Assembly: GCA_028277625.1 (NCBI GenBank)
Contig: JANQFW010000040.1
Location: 3,036-67,035, forward strand
Direction of reading: 5' to 3'
Source of the DNA: Candidatus Gastranaerophilales bacterium
GTDB taxonomy: Bacteria > Cyanobacteriota > Vampirovibrionia > Gastranaerophilales > JANQFW01
Length of the DNA: 64,000 bases
The notes beneath the pieces are model-generated. The model was given only the letters and a program-made list of their open reading frames with translations, was not told the DNA's origin and made no database searches. Of this stretch, positions 17,406 through 27,974 are shown in pieces (within the stretch, counting starts at the first letter, position 1; each line of letters begins with the position of its first letter). The position numbers were made by a program, and so were the translations under genes.

Positions 17406-18154
17406 TTATGTATTATCCTAAGTCCTTCAAGGGTTAAATATGGACTGGTATAATCAAAAGGTCGTTTTAAATAATCTTTTATTAGGCTTAAATAACCACC
17501 AGTGGCAATTGTTGTAATTTTTTCGCCCAATTCTAGCTCAATAGATTCAACTAACCCATCAATCATTGAAGAGTGTCCCCTAACAACACCATTAAGCATA
17601 TTATCTATAGTGTTTTTTCCTATTGCATTAGCAGGTGGCGCAATTTTTAATTTAGGTAATAAGTTAGTAAATGAACTCAACGACTCCGCGGAAATCCTTA
17701 GTCCAGGGGAGATTATACCACCTATAAACTCATTTTTAACCACAACATCAAATGTAGTTGCAGTACCTAAGTCTATAATTACAGCAGGATTTGCGTATAA
17801 ATTATAACCGGCGCAAGCATTTGCTATCCTGTCGCAGCCAACATCTTTTGGCTTTTCTACGTTTAATATTATTCCTGTTTCTGTACTATGCGACAATGCT
17901 AGCACAGGCACGTTTAAATAGTTTTCAATTGCTGACTTTACAATACTGGTCAATGGCAAAACAACACTTGATATAACCGCATGTCTAACATCATTCAATA
18001 AGTTTTTATGTTGCAAAAAACTATACAATAATATGCCATACTCGTCTTCTGAATTGTTTTTATTCGTATTTATTCTCCAAGTATGTATAAGTTTATCATT
18101 ATTATAAACACCGACTGTGGTGCTAGTATTTCCTATATCTGCAACAAGTAACAT
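17390..18154 (-). CDS. coaX: Type III pantothenate kinase
   Basis: 'MLLVADIGNTSTTVGVY', 'GCDRIANA', 'VIIDLGTATTFD' and 'GGIISPG'. Confidence 0.9.
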   Translation of the reverse strand: MLLVADIGNTSTTVGVYNNDKLIHTWRINTNKNNSEDEYGILLYSFLQHKNLLNDVRHAVISSVVLPLTSIVKSAIENYLNVPVLALSHSTETGIILNVEKPKDVGCDRIANACAGYNLYANPAVIIDLGTATTFDVVVKNEFIGGIISPGLRISAESLSSFTNLLPKLKIAPPANAIGKNTIDNMLNGVVRGHSSMIDGLVESIELELGEKITTIATGGYLSLIKDYLKRPFDYTSPYLTLEGLRIIHNLNCK

Positions 18155-18241
18155 ATTTATTAATCACCCATGAAAAATTATCCCTTAACAGGGTTAAAAT
18201 AAACTAAACAAAATTTCTATGCAAATTTCAATAGAAACTTT

Positions 18242-18682
18242 TTAGGTATCGCTATATACTTTTTTTCTCATATAGTTAACAGCAGACTCATCAGCTAAAT
18301 AATAATTACAAATCTTTTTGGTTTTACATACAAGTTCATCTGGGGGATTAATTTCAATTTTAAAACCAAATTGCTCAAAATATTCCGGTATTTTGGTAAC
18401 TACCCATAACTCATTTGTCAGTGATGCGTTGATCAAGTGTTTTACAATAGCCTTACCTATTCCATTGTTTCTATACTCTTTTAATACCCCAACAGAGCAA
18501 ATTTCATTTACGCTTCCATATATTTTTACCCTGCCAAATGCTGCTAAAACTTTATCAACAGAAGCTATGTAAAAACTTTTAGTCTGTATGTCATGATTAT
18601 CCAGCCTAAATTTATTTAGGTACGGTTGTATTTCTTGTATGTCTAAGTCAGTTGCTTTTTTAATTTCAACATTTTGATTCAT
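18242..18682 (-). CDS. GNAT family N-acetyltransferase
   Basis: 146 aa with the acetyl-CoA binding motif 'VGVLKEYRNNGIGKAIVKHLI'. Confidence 0.8.
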   Translation of the reverse strand: MNQNVEIKKATDLDIQEIQPYLNKFRLDNHDIQTKSFYIASVDKVLAAFGRVKIYGSVNEICSVGVLKEYRNNGIGKAIVKHLINASLTNELWVVTKIPEYFEQFGFKIEINPPDELVCKTKKICNYYLADESAVNYMRKKVYSDT

Positions 18683-18866
18683 TACACCAACTTTTCAGAA
18701 TAGCAATCTGAAATTTAACTGATTACCAGTTTTAAATTTAGCAGAAATTTTGTAAAAAAACATAACATAGAATTCTATAATAAAATTCTATGTTATTAAG
18801 CCTATGTTACTAAGATCAGTAAAAACAAAAAACTTGATAAGTTAGAAGTTTTATAGATATAAATAA

Positions 18867-18893
18867 AAACAGGTACTTGGGTTAGACCTGTTT
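18867..18893 (-). terminator. Rho-independent terminator downstream of rplY
   Basis: 'aaacaggt' pairs with 'acctgttt' around an 11-nt loop, with T-runs on both strands. Confidence 0.6.
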
Positions 18894-18920
18894 TTGTTTT
18901 AATTTTATTATTTTTTTAAT

Positions 18921-19211
18921 TTATTGTGCATTAACCCTGCAGAATTCTACATTTAAAAATTTATCACCAATAATTTCTACTTGTGCTTTTTTTACAAAAG
19001 CTTGAATGCTTTGGTCCTCTAGCTTTAACTCAACAGCAGCATCTTTATTTGCTTTGTAAAACTTACTAAATATTCTTGCATTTACCTGCGCAGATATAGA
19101 TTCTGTTCCTTTTCCATATATAGTTACAGGAATAGAACCATCGGCTCTTAATTGTCTTGGATTTTTGCTGTCATCTCTTTTTTCTAATTCTAAAACTAAG
19201 TTTTCAGTCAT
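18921..19211 (-). CDS. rplY: 50S ribosomal protein L25 (short form)
   Basis: 96 aa. 'LELEKRDDSKNPRQLRADGSIPVTIYGKG' fits the L25 N-terminal pattern (R..G.iPaviYG). Confidence 0.75.
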   Translation of the reverse strand: MTENLVLELEKRDDSKNPRQLRADGSIPVTIYGKGTESISAQVNARIFSKFYKANKDAAVELKLEDQSIQAFVKKAQVEIIGDKFLNVEFCRVNAQ

Positions 19212-19381
19212 CTTTTTCTCCTTTTTATATAAAAATAGCCATATTATTCATAATTATCCACTTTATTACAATACAACAAAAATACTTGATTTTAAAATAA
19301 TATTTACGTTTTTTACACTGTTAATTAAAAATAGGGCAAAAGCTGCCCTATTTTAGAGTTAGAATAAAAGTAAAATATTTT

Positions 19382-20242
19382 TTATAAACTTAATAAATAC
19401 TGGCCATAACCGTTTTTAACAAGTGGTTGAGCCAATTTAACAAGCTGTTGCTTATCAATGTAGCCCATATTGTATGCAACTTCTTCAACACATGCCACTT
19501 TGATGCCTTGATTGTTTTCTATAGTTTCAATATAATGAGAAGCTTGCATCAGTGCTTCATGTGTACCTGTGTCGAGCCACGCAAATCCTCTACCTAACAG
19601 TTCTACGTTAAGATCGCCTTCTTGCAAGTAGATATTATTCAAATCAGTAATTTCATACTCGCCACGAGGTGAAGGTTTTAGATTTTTTGCATATTCTACT
19701 ACTTTATTGTCATAAAAGTACAAGCCGGTAACAGCATAGTTAGATTTTGGATTACTAGGCTTTTCCTCGATTGATAAAGCTTTACCAGCTTTGTCAAAGT
19801 CAACCACACCAAAGCGCTCAGGATCTCTTACTGGATAGCCGAATACTGTTGCCCCTTGCGGTCTTTCAATTGAGCGCTGAAGCATATCAGAAAATCCAGG
19901 CCCGTAAAATATATTATCACCCAATACCAATGCAACATTATTGGAGTTCCCTATAAATTCTTCACCAATAACGAACGCTTGCGCTAATCCATCAGGTGAA
20001 GGCTGCACTGCATAGTTGATATTCACACCTAATTCATTGCCACTACCAAGTAACTGTTCAAATCTTGGTGTGTCTTGCGGTGTAGATATAATTAAAATAT
20101 CGCGTATACCTGCTAACATTAATACAGATAATGGATAATAAATCATAGGCTTATCATATATTGGCAATAACTGTTTTGATACAGATTTTGTAATGGGATA
20201 AAGCCTTGTTCCGCTGCCACCCGCTAAGATTATACCCTTCAT
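19382..20242 (-). CDS. rfbA: Glucose-1-phosphate thymidylyltransferase
   Basis: '[18 protein letters not shown]', '[18 protein letters not shown]', 'GLAQAF' and '[11 protein letters not shown]'. The start is taken at the internal ATG 20242, which overlaps the rfbD stop by 4 nt. The track ORF extends to 20305. Confidence 0.92.
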   Translation of the reverse strand: MKGIILAGGSGTRLYPITKSVSKQLLPIYDKPMIYYPLSVLMLAGIRDILIISTPQDTPRFEQLLGSGNELGVNINYAVQPSPDGLAQAFVIGEEFIGNSNNVALVLGDNIFYGPGFSDMLQRSIERPQGATVFGYPVRDPERFGVVDFDKAGKALSIEEKPSNPKSNYAVTGLYFYDNKVVEYAKNLKPSPRGEYEITDLNNIYLQEGDLNVELLGRGFAWLDTGTHEALMQASHYIETIENNQGIKVACVEEVAYNMGYIDKQQLVKLAQPLVKNGYGQYLLSL

Positions 20243-21078
20243 TTTGTTATTACCTCTTTTCTCAAACTTAAATAGCCTTCTAATGCTTTTTCCCAGTCCT
20301 GACATAAATTTTCGTTATCCATAATTGAATATCTTGGTCTATTTGCAGGCCTTGGAAAATCTTCTGTGTTACAAGGCAAAAGATTTACATTTATTTTTTC
20401 TAATTCAAATATTTTCTTGGCAAAGCCATACCAGCTAGTGTTGCCAGCCCCACAAGTATGGAAAATACCATACGGCATTTTGCTTTCAATCAAATGTAAA
20501 ACAGCTTTTGCTAAATCAACTGTCCAAGTAGGGCAACCAACCTGATCAGCAACTACTTTTAATTCATCTCTTGTTGTACCAAGCTGAATCATTGTCTCAA
20601 CAAAATTTTTGCCCTGATGCCCATATAGCCAGCTGGTCCTACATATATAATGCTTGTTATTGTGCTTTTTCACAGCAACTTCACCTGCCAACTTAGAATC
20701 TCCATATACATTTATAGGAGCAACTTTATCATCCGGCACATATGGAGAATTCTTAGTACCGTCAAATACATAATCTGTACTTATGTACACAATAGGGATA
20801 GCCTTTTGAGCTGTTGCTATTGCTAAATTTTCAGTACCTGCACCATTTACCAGGAAAGCAGTTTCTTTGTCAGCTTGTGCTCCGTCAACATTTGTATACG
20901 CAGCACAATGTATAACTATATCAGGTTTATCCTCTGATATTTTTGATATTACAGCATTTTTATCTGTAATATCAAGATTATAAATATCTGTTAAAGTTAC
21001 TTCAAATCCTTTTTGTTGGAACAGCTTAGTCATATCACGACCAAGCATGCCATTAGCTCCTGTTAATAGAACCTTCAT
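20239..21078 (-). CDS. rfbD: dTDP-4-dehydrorhamnose reductase
   Basis: '[13 protein letters not shown]', '[11 protein letters not shown]', 'STDYVFDG' and 'YGDSKLAGE'. Confidence 0.88.
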   Translation of the reverse strand: MKVLLTGANGMLGRDMTKLFQQKGFEVTLTDIYNLDITDKNAVISKISEDKPDIVIHCAAYTNVDGAQADKETAFLVNGAGTENLAIATAQKAIPIVYISTDYVFDGTKNSPYVPDDKVAPINVYGDSKLAGEVAVKKHNNKHYICRTSWLYGHQGKNFVETMIQLGTTRDELKVVADQVGCPTWTVDLAKAVLHLIESKMPYGIFHTCGAGNTSWYGFAKKIFELEKINVNLLPCNTEDFPRPANRPRYSIMDNENLCQDWEKALEGYLSLRKEVITK

Positions 21079-22064
21079 TGAATCTGCAGTTCCTTTCTAT
21101 TTTGTATATTGCTCATCCACTTTTTATTATCAAGATACCAATTAATAGTCAATTGTATACCTTGTTCAAAAGTAACAGAAGGCTCCCAGCCTAGCTCATT
21201 TTTCATTTTTGAGCTGTCAATAGCGTATCTGCGATCATGCCCTAATCGGTCTTCAACATATTTTATTAAAGATTCAGGCTTTTTAAGTTCTTTTAATAGT
21301 AATTTTGTTATTTCAATATTGGTTTTTTCATTGTTACCACCAATATTGTATACATCGCCAACTTTACCTTTATGTAAAACAGCATCAATTGCTGAGCAAT
21401 GATCATAAACATATAACCAATCTCTTACATTCAAGCCATCTCCATACACAGGCACTTGCTTATCCTCTAATAAATTATTTATAAATAACGGTAACAATTT
21501 TTCAGGGAACTGATATGGACCATAGTTATTAGAGCATCTTGTTGTTAAAACCGGCATGTTAAATGTTTCATAGTATGCTCTCACTAACATATCAGCTGAT
21601 GCTTTACTTGCTGAGTATGGGCTGTTAGGGGCAAGCGGAGTTGTTTCGGTAAAGTATCCTGTTTTGCCTAATGTACCATACACCTCATCAGTAGAAACCT
21701 GTAAATATCTATGAAGATTAAAGCTCCTTGCTGCTTCTAAAAGGTTTAAAGTTCCTTTTACGTTAGTCTCAACAAATATTTCCGGTCCTGTAATACTTCT
21801 GTCTACATGACTTTCTGCTGCAAAGTTAATACAGCAATCTACCTGCGACATTAAATCCATTACAACTTTTTTATCGCATATGTCACCTTGCACAAAGTTA
21901 TAATTTGGGTTGTTTTCAATATCTTTTAAATTATCTGGATTGCCGGCATAGGTAAGAATATCAAGGTTTATAACTTTATAACCAGGATACTTGTTTAAAA
22001 TATGCCTTACAAAGCAACTACCTATAAATCCTGCTCCACCTGTGACTAATAATTTCATTGTCAT
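21075..22064 (-). CDS. rfbB: dTDP-glucose 4,6-dehydratase
   Basis: 'LLVTGGAGFIGS', 'HFAAESHVDRS'-like 'NFAAESHVDRS', 'STDEVYG' and 'YSASKASADMLV'. Confidence 0.92.
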   Translation of the reverse strand: MTMKLLVTGGAGFIGSCFVRHILNKYPGYKVINLDILTYAGNPDNLKDIENNPNYNFVQGDICDKKVVMDLMSQVDCCINFAAESHVDRSITGPEIFVETNVKGTLNLLEAARSFNLHRYLQVSTDEVYGTLGKTGYFTETTPLAPNSPYSASKASADMLVRAYYETFNMPVLTTRCSNNYGPYQFPEKLLPLFINNLLEDKQVPVYGDGLNVRDWLYVYDHCSAIDAVLHKGKVGDVYNIGGNNEKTNIEITKLLLKELKKPESLIKYVEDRLGHDRRYAIDSSKMKNELGWEPSVTFEQGIQLTINWYLDNKKWMSNIQNRKELQIQ

Positions 22065-22295
22065 TCCTCCGCCTAATATATTACAAGTTACAAATAAATT
22101 TTATTTTATTTAAAATTAAAAAATAATAAAATTAGTAATGTTGTTACTTTAAAAAATTAATCATTTCTTTTGCTATTATCAATCAACATAAATACATTAT
22201 CAATTATTTACCTTGATAAATTTTAAAAAAGTAATAATTTTTTATTTATTTATCAGGTTTATTTTAATACAATAATATTAAAAGAGTTAAATTAT

Positions 22296-23588
22296 TTGCA
22301 AAAAAGAACATTTTTAATGTATTCAAATTTAATAACCAAGCTAAAAAGCAATGAAAATGAATTGGTGTCGAATACTTTTACATTATTAACAGGAGCAGCA
22401 TTTTCTCAAATTGTAATGATATTGTTTGCACCAGTATTATCTAGGATTTATACTCCAGGAGAGTTTGGCATATTTGGTTTTTACTTAGCATTTACATCAA
22501 TCGGCGCAAATATAGCAACATTTAAATATGAACTTGCCTTAGTATTGCCCAAAAGCGATAAACAAGCTGCTAACTTACTATTAATTCCAATAGCTATATC
22601 AATACTTATATTTTTGCTTAGCACATCCATTCTCTTTTATTTTGCAAAAAATTTTAATACAAATAATTTTGTCATATACAATCTTATATTAATAGGCATT
22701 CTAGTAAGCGCAATATTTAATATATTTCAGAGCTGGAATACAAGATATAAATACTACAAAAATCTAGCACTTTCCAGAATGATAAGATCATCAAGCACTG
22801 TAGGTTTTCAATTTTTTTCAAAATTTTTGGGATTTCCTTTAAATGGTTTAATACTAGGACAAATTATAGGATGTGTACTGGGTATCTCTTCTCTCATAAG
22901 CAATACGCTAAAAAAAAGAAAAATTAAATTTATCCAGTTTTCAAGAAAGCTTATATTTTTAAATATAGTTAAATATAAAGATTTTGCCCGATACCAAAGT
23001 CCATCTATGCTCATGAATACAATGTCTCAATACACACCCCTTCTTATGCTTCCAATCTTATTTTCTAATGAAATAGCCGGATTTTATGCCATTACAATGC
23101 GAGTTATGATTCTGCCGGCTAATATGCTTAATCAGGCAATAAGAAGCACTTACTACCAAAAAGCTACAGAGCTATACAATAGCAAAAATAGCATAACTGA
23201 TTTATTTTTGAGTACATTAAAATTCCTTGCAAGGCTATACTTAATACCAGCAGTGATTATTGCGCTGTTTGGCCCATCGATATTTTCTATTGTTTTCGGA
23301 AAAAACTGGGAAATCTCAGGGCGTTATGCGCAGCTGTTAGTATTTTATTTTTTCTTTGGTTCTATTAATGTCCCAGCTGTTATGTCTTCTTATATCCTTG
23401 GGCTACAAAAGCTTAACCTGATTTACGAAATTTTATTACTAATATTCAGATTTTTAAGTATTTATTTAGGTTACTTATTATTTGATAATTCTTTTATATC
23501 CATTTTTTTGTTTTCTATGGTCGGTGCTGTTTTTAATTTTATTTATATTATTATTATATTTTATAAAATAAAAAATATAATAAAGTGA
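22296..23588 (+). CDS. Polysaccharide flippase (Wzx-like, MOP superfamily)
   Basis: About 430 aa, strongly hydrophobic with many predicted TM segments and the usual N-terminal '...LTGAAFSQIVMILFAPVLSRIYTPGEFG'. The start is either TTG 22296 or ATG 22317. Confidence 0.7.
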   Translation: MQKRTFLMYSNLITKLKSNENELVSNTFTLLTGAAFSQIVMILFAPVLSRIYTPGEFGIFGFYLAFTSIGANIATFKYELALVLPKSDKQAANLLLIPIAISILIFLLSTSILFYFAKNFNTNNFVIYNLILIGILVSAIFNIFQSWNTRYKYYKNLALSRMIRSSSTVGFQFFSKFLGFPLNGLILGQIIGCVLGISSLISNTLKKRKIKFIQFSRKLIFLNIVKYKDFARYQSPSMLMNTMSQYTPLLMLPILFSNEIAGFYAITMRVMILPANMLNQAIRSTYYQKATELYNSKNSITDLFLSTLKFLARLYLIPAVIIALFGPSIFSIVFGKNWEISGRYAQLLVFYFFFGSINVPAVMSSYILGLQKLNLIYEILLLIFRFLSIYLGYLLFDNSFISIFLFSMVGAVFNFIYIIIIFYKIKNIIK

Positions 23589-24835
23589 AGAAAAAACAAA
23601 TGAAAAGGCTAATTAGTGGGGCTTATAAAAAATTATACCTACCAGATGACCATAACAAATATAATATTGATAAAATCTTAGACTATGCATTTAATAATGT
23701 TGAATATTATAAACAGTTCAAAGGCTGCAAATTATCAGAAATACCCATATTAACAAAAGACATAATTAGAGATAGCTATAATGAATTACTCTGCGATGAG
23801 ATTAATAAAAGAAAAACTTATATAAACACTTCTGGTGGTACAACTGGCGAACCTGTCAGGCTTGTGCAGGATCAAAACTACAGAAATAATTTTAGATTAA
23901 CTACTTACAGGCAAAAACAAGAAATCGGTTATAGCTTTGCAGAGCCTATGATAAAAATCTGGGGAAGCGAAAGAGATATATTAAAAGGCTCAATAGGCTA
24001 CAGGGCAAAGCTTTTTAATTACTTAAAAAATTGCCATTTTCTTAATTCTTTTTATTTATCAGAAGGAATTATAAAAAATCATATTAAAATAATAAATAAA
24101 ATAAAACCCAGGCTAATAGTGGGCTATGTGCACTCTATGCATGAAATTTCGCAGTATATAAATAAAAATAATATAAACATTGCACCAGTGCCAGTAATTA
24201 TGTGTACAGCTGGGACTTTGTATAGTTTTATGGAAAATGAAATATCAAAAGCTTTTAAAGCTAAGGTAATAAATCGCTACGGTAGCCGAGAAGTCGGCAA
24301 TATAGCCTGCTCTACATTTCAGCATAATGATTTAAAAGTTGCTCAAAATCATGTATATATCGAAATTGTTGACAACCAAGGAAATCTTTGTCCAGAAAAT
24401 ACTGAAGGTAATATAGCCATCACGTTATTATCCAATTATTCGATGCCACTGATTAGATATAAAATCGGAGATAGGGGAGTGCTTAATTTAACAAACTTTG
24501 GCTATCCTGTCTTAACAAAACTAAGTGGTAGAGAGAATGAATTTCTACGCTGCGCATCAGGTAAAATGGTTGATGGGGAATTTATTACACATATGTTTTA
24601 TTTTAAAAATTGGGTGCAAAAGTTTCAGGTGATACAAAATGACCTTGTAAGTCTTGATGTAAATGTATTGTGTAACTATCAGCCTACACTAAAAGAGGTC
24701 ATTACTTTAGAGCAAGAGCTAAAAAATGTTATGGGACTTAGTTTTACGATTAATTTTAACTTTGTTGACGAAGTTAAGCCGCAAAGCTCAGGTAAGTTTT
24801 CTTATGTTATCTGTAATATAAACAACCTCACCTAG
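23585..24835 (+). CDS. CapK/PaaK-like adenylate-forming enzyme (phenylacetate-CoA ligase family)
   Basis: It has the 'TSGGTTGEPV' AMP-binding loop and is 416 aa. The GTG start overlaps the upstream stop (GTGA), which suggests translational coupling with the flippase gene. Confidence 0.7.
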   Translation: MKKKQMKRLISGAYKKLYLPDDHNKYNIDKILDYAFNNVEYYKQFKGCKLSEIPILTKDIIRDSYNELLCDEINKRKTYINTSGGTTGEPVRLVQDQNYRNNFRLTTYRQKQEIGYSFAEPMIKIWGSERDILKGSIGYRAKLFNYLKNCHFLNSFYLSEGIIKNHIKIINKIKPRLIVGYVHSMHEISQYINKNNINIAPVPVIMCTAGTLYSFMENEISKAFKAKVINRYGSREVGNIACSTFQHNDLKVAQNHVYIEIVDNQGNLCPENTEGNIAITLLSNYSMPLIRYKIGDRGVLNLTNFGYPVLTKLSGRENEFLRCASGKMVDGEFITHMFYFKNWVQKFQVIQNDLVSLDVNVLCNYQPTLKEVITLEQELKNVMGLSFTINFNFVDEVKPQSSGKFSYVICNINNLT

Positions 24836-24993
24836 AATCTGCTTGCCTATTCCTAGTTTATTTTATTAAGTTTAACACGATTTAATAATCTGAAAAATAT
24901 TTTAGAGACAACATAAAAAACTACAGAGAAGAGTTTGTGTTATATTTTTTTACAATATAATCTATTATTTAAATTTAATTAAAGAGAGAGAGT

Positions 24994-26898
24994 ATGCAAA
25001 TTATAGGAATTGGCAACAAGCTGAATAAAAATAAATTTAATACAAATAATAATCCATCCCTATCTTTCAAGGGTAGTAATTCAAGTAAAATGAACAGTTT
25101 AAATAGTGATACATTAACACTAAACCGAAAAAGCAATGTATCTTTTAACAGCAAATCTCTATTAGAAAATATGTTCATAAGAGACAAAATTGTAAGGAAA
25201 GGTAGACATAAATTAGGCTTGTTAGAAGCAAAAACCTTGGTTTCAATAACAAATTGTACAGCTAAAAACATCAGCTCAGGTGGATCAGTCGAATTATTGG
25301 ACAAATCCAAGTGTAAAGAGGAAATCAATGCAAAAAAAGAAGTTAAGCTAGACGGGAAAAGTTCTGCTGGTAAAATTCAGACCGATGGGTCAGTGGAATT
25401 ATTGAATGAGTCCAGTTGTGATTTGGTCAATGCCAAAAAAGATGTTAAGTTAGACGGAAAAAGTACTGCTGATAAAATTCACTCTGATGGTTCAGTAAAG
25501 TTATTGAATGGATCCACATGTCAGGATAAAATCAATGCAAAAACCGTATTATTGAGTAAATCCAAAGGTGAAGACATCAAGGCAAGTAAAGTTGAATTGC
25601 TGAACAACTCAGAATGTGATGACATTAAGGCTAATAACGTAAAATTAGAGGGACTTTCTTGCGCTGGAAGCATTCAATCTAGTGGCTTAGTAGAGTTATT
25701 GAAGAGATCTAATTGTGAAGATATCAAAGCAAAAGAAGTTAAATTAACTGAAAAAAGCTTTGTTATCAAAAACATTGAAACGGATAAATCTGTAATATTG
25801 TTTGATAATACAACAGTTGGAAAAAATGTCATTATAAAAGGATTAGAAAGCCCTGAAGTCTCAATAACAGGTAACGTAAATGTGGGTGGAAAAATTAAAT
25901 TTTTAAAAAACGCAAACGGAAAAGTCAGGCTCTATGGCAATAAATCTATGGACTATCCTGATATCGACGAAAGCAAAGTAACAAATGGAAAAATTGTCTA
26001 TGACGTTGATGACATGAAACTTGATGGCAAAGCAAAGACTGATATACATGCAAAGTCCGCCACATTAACAAATAGTAAAGCCAAAAACCTTTTTGCTGCT
26101 AAAAATGTTACCTTGCAGGACTATTCATACGTAGAAAGCTTAATTAAGGCAAAAAACGTTAAACTAGATAACAGTTCTAAAGCTAAAGATATTAAGGCCA
26201 AAGAGTCCGTAATCCTTAATAATTCAAGGGTACTTGGCAAAATCGAAGCAAAATCTGCCAAGTTAACAAATAGTAAAGCTGAAAAGATTAACGCAACTAA
26301 GGCTGCAAACTTGGACAACAACTCCCATGTCGTAAACTCAATAACTGCCCAAAAAGTTAAACTGGATAATAACTCTAAAGCTAAAAATATTAACGCTAAA
26401 GAGTCAGTAAGCCTGCTTAATAGCTCATCTGTTCTAGGTAAAGTTGAAGCAAAAACTGTAAAGATAGATGGAAAAGATACTTATGCTCACAAAATTGTGG
26501 CAAAAGGTGATATTGCAAAAGTAGAACTAAACAATAATGCACAAGCTTCTGAAATTAAATGCGAAAAAGATGTTTATTTAAGAAAAGGCAGCAAGGCTGA
26601 CCAAGTTTTCATTGGTAGGTCTATAACGTTAACTGATGATACAGAAGTTACTGAAATAATAGGTGAAGGTGAGCCAACAATTAAAATAAATGACAAAGCA
26701 ACTGTCTGTGATATTGTATTAAAAAATACATCCAAGGTTAAAGTGGACCTCTCACCTGAAAGTATAAAGGGTATTATTCAATTTGAGTCTACTTCTTCCG
26801 AAAATAGAGTTTTTGTACCCCACAACATGCCAAAATCTCAAATAGAAAAACTAAAAGCTAAAGTTCAAAATGGTAAAATTGAAAGGTTAGCAGAATAA
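24994..26898 (+). CDS. BH2: beta-helix-repeat family protein, two repeat-plus-cap units
   Basis: 'MQIIGIGNK...LSFKG', repeats 'EDIKASKVELLNNSECDDIKANNVKLEGLSCA', an internal cap at about 25827-26005, and a C-terminal cap ending 'VQNGKIERLAE*'. The RBS is 'aaagagagagagt'. Confidence 0.85.
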   Translation: MQIIGIGNKLNKNKFNTNNNPSLSFKGSNSSKMNSLNSDTLTLNRKSNVSFNSKSLLENMFIRDKIVRKGRHKLGLLEAKTLVSITNCTAKNISSGGSVELLDKSKCKEEINAKKEVKLDGKSSAGKIQTDGSVELLNESSCDLVNAKKDVKLDGKSTADKIHSDGSVKLLNGSTCQDKINAKTVLLSKSKGEDIKASKVELLNNSECDDIKANNVKLEGLSCAGSIQSSGLVELLKRSNCEDIKAKEVKLTEKSFVIKNIETDKSVILFDNTTVGKNVIIKGLESPEVSITGNVNVGGKIKFLKNANGKVRLYGNKSMDYPDIDESKVTNGKIVYDVDDMKLDGKAKTDIHAKSATLTNSKAKNLFAAKNVTLQDYSYVESLIKAKNVKLDNSSKAKDIKAKESVILNNSRVLGKIEAKSAKLTNSKAEKINATKAANLDNNSHVVNSITAQKVKLDNNSKAKNINAKESVSLLNSSSVLGKVEAKTVKIDGKDTYAHKIVAKGDIAKVELNNNAQASEIKCEKDVYLRKGSKADQVFIGRSITLTDDTEVTEIIGEGEPTIKINDKATVCDIVLKNTSKVKVDLSPESIKGIIQFESTSSENRVFVPHNMPKSQIEKLKAKVQNGKIERLAE

Positions 26899-26947
26899 TA
26901 TTACTCGATGTTTTAAGATAATATCAGTAAAAAGAAAGAGAAAAAAT

Positions 26948-27868
26948 ATGCGCATTACAGGCATTGGCTACAGTCAGTATAAAAAAAATAATAATCCAAA
27001 TAGCGTAAGCACACAAAAATCAAATAATCTAAACCGTTTTGCAAAAATGAACACTGCAAATCAAGACCAATTAACATTAAGTCAGAAAAAAAGTAGTGTA
27101 TCCTTTAAAGGTATAGAGATGTCTAAGTTTAGTGAGGATATAAAACAAAATACTGATGTAAATCTAATAAATGAAAGAAAATCTAATATAAAAGCTCCTT
27201 CTGTTACAATGACAAATAGCGAAGCAAACGATATTAAAGCTGAAACATATGTTAAAATGGTTAAAAGTCGTGCAAATAATATTAATGCCGGCGAATCAGT
27301 AAAACTATCTAATAACTCTAGCGCAAAAAAAATTGTAGCCTCAATGGTTGAGTTAACTGGAAAAATTCCTGAAAAGGAAAGTGAAGAAAACTCAAATGGT
27401 TTGATAAAAGCATATAGGCGTGCAACACCCAAAATCGATATCAAACAACAGATAGCGAACATGACTGGTGTCGAAAGAATTGAAGCTGAAAATAATGTAA
27501 AGCTATCAAACAATTCAGTGGCAGGAGTAATTATAGCTAACACAGTAGAATTATTAAATAAATCTAGGGCTACTGATATTACAGCTAAAACTAGCGTTTC
27601 AATAACTAATGCAAATGCTACTGATGTCAAGGCGGGAAAAGTAGACTTATATAATAATGCAAAGGTTTCAAATATAACAATAACAGGGGACAAAGAAACT
27701 AATAAATCCCCTCAAGTTGCTATGCATGATAATGATGTAAATATTAATGCGAGTATAAAATTTTTAAAAAAGAATCCTGGTAGAGTTTATGTGCCTTCAG
27801 GTATGCCGGAATATAAGCAGCAAGAACTAAGGGATAAAATTATTAATGGCGAACTTGAAGTAATGTAA
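26948..27868 (+). CDS. BH3: beta-helix-repeat family protein, single unit
   Basis: 'MRITGIGYSQYKK...VSFKG', repeats 'NDIKAETYVKMVKSRANNINAGESVKLSNNSSA', and the cap 'ITITGDKETNKSPQVAMHDNDVNINASIKFLKKNPGRVYVPSGMPEYKQQELRDKIINGELEVM*'. Confidence 0.85.
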   Translation: MRITGIGYSQYKKNNNPNSVSTQKSNNLNRFAKMNTANQDQLTLSQKKSSVSFKGIEMSKFSEDIKQNTDVNLINERKSNIKAPSVTMTNSEANDIKAETYVKMVKSRANNINAGESVKLSNNSSAKKIVASMVELTGKIPEKESEENSNGLIKAYRRATPKIDIKQQIANMTGVERIEAENNVKLSNNSVAGVIIANTVELLNKSRATDITAKTSVSITNANATDVKAGKVDLYNNAKVSNITITGDKETNKSPQVAMHDNDVNINASIKFLKKNPGRVYVPSGMPEYKQQELRDKIINGELEVM

Positions 27869-27974
27869 ATTTAATGGGCGCAAATTTACCATTTATTATA
27901 ACAATATTTATTTTAGTTTTAATATTGTTTATGATATTAATTTAGTATAATTATAAAAATAAGGTAAGGTAAAT

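Noticed and set aside
27082-27693. Long antisense ORFs inside the BH genes. These are 27082-27693 (203 aa) and 30592-31089 (165 aa), plus 13635-13967, 14238-14465, 14541-14738, 24975-25328, 26121-26321, 28004-28222, 29816-30130, 30271-30546 and 31203-31439.
   Set aside because: Their products are implausible low-complexity L/S/F/I strings. They arise because the repetitive AAN/GAN/ANN codon usage of the sense strand rarely makes antisense stops. The sense ORFs carry conserved family motifs and ribosome-binding sites.
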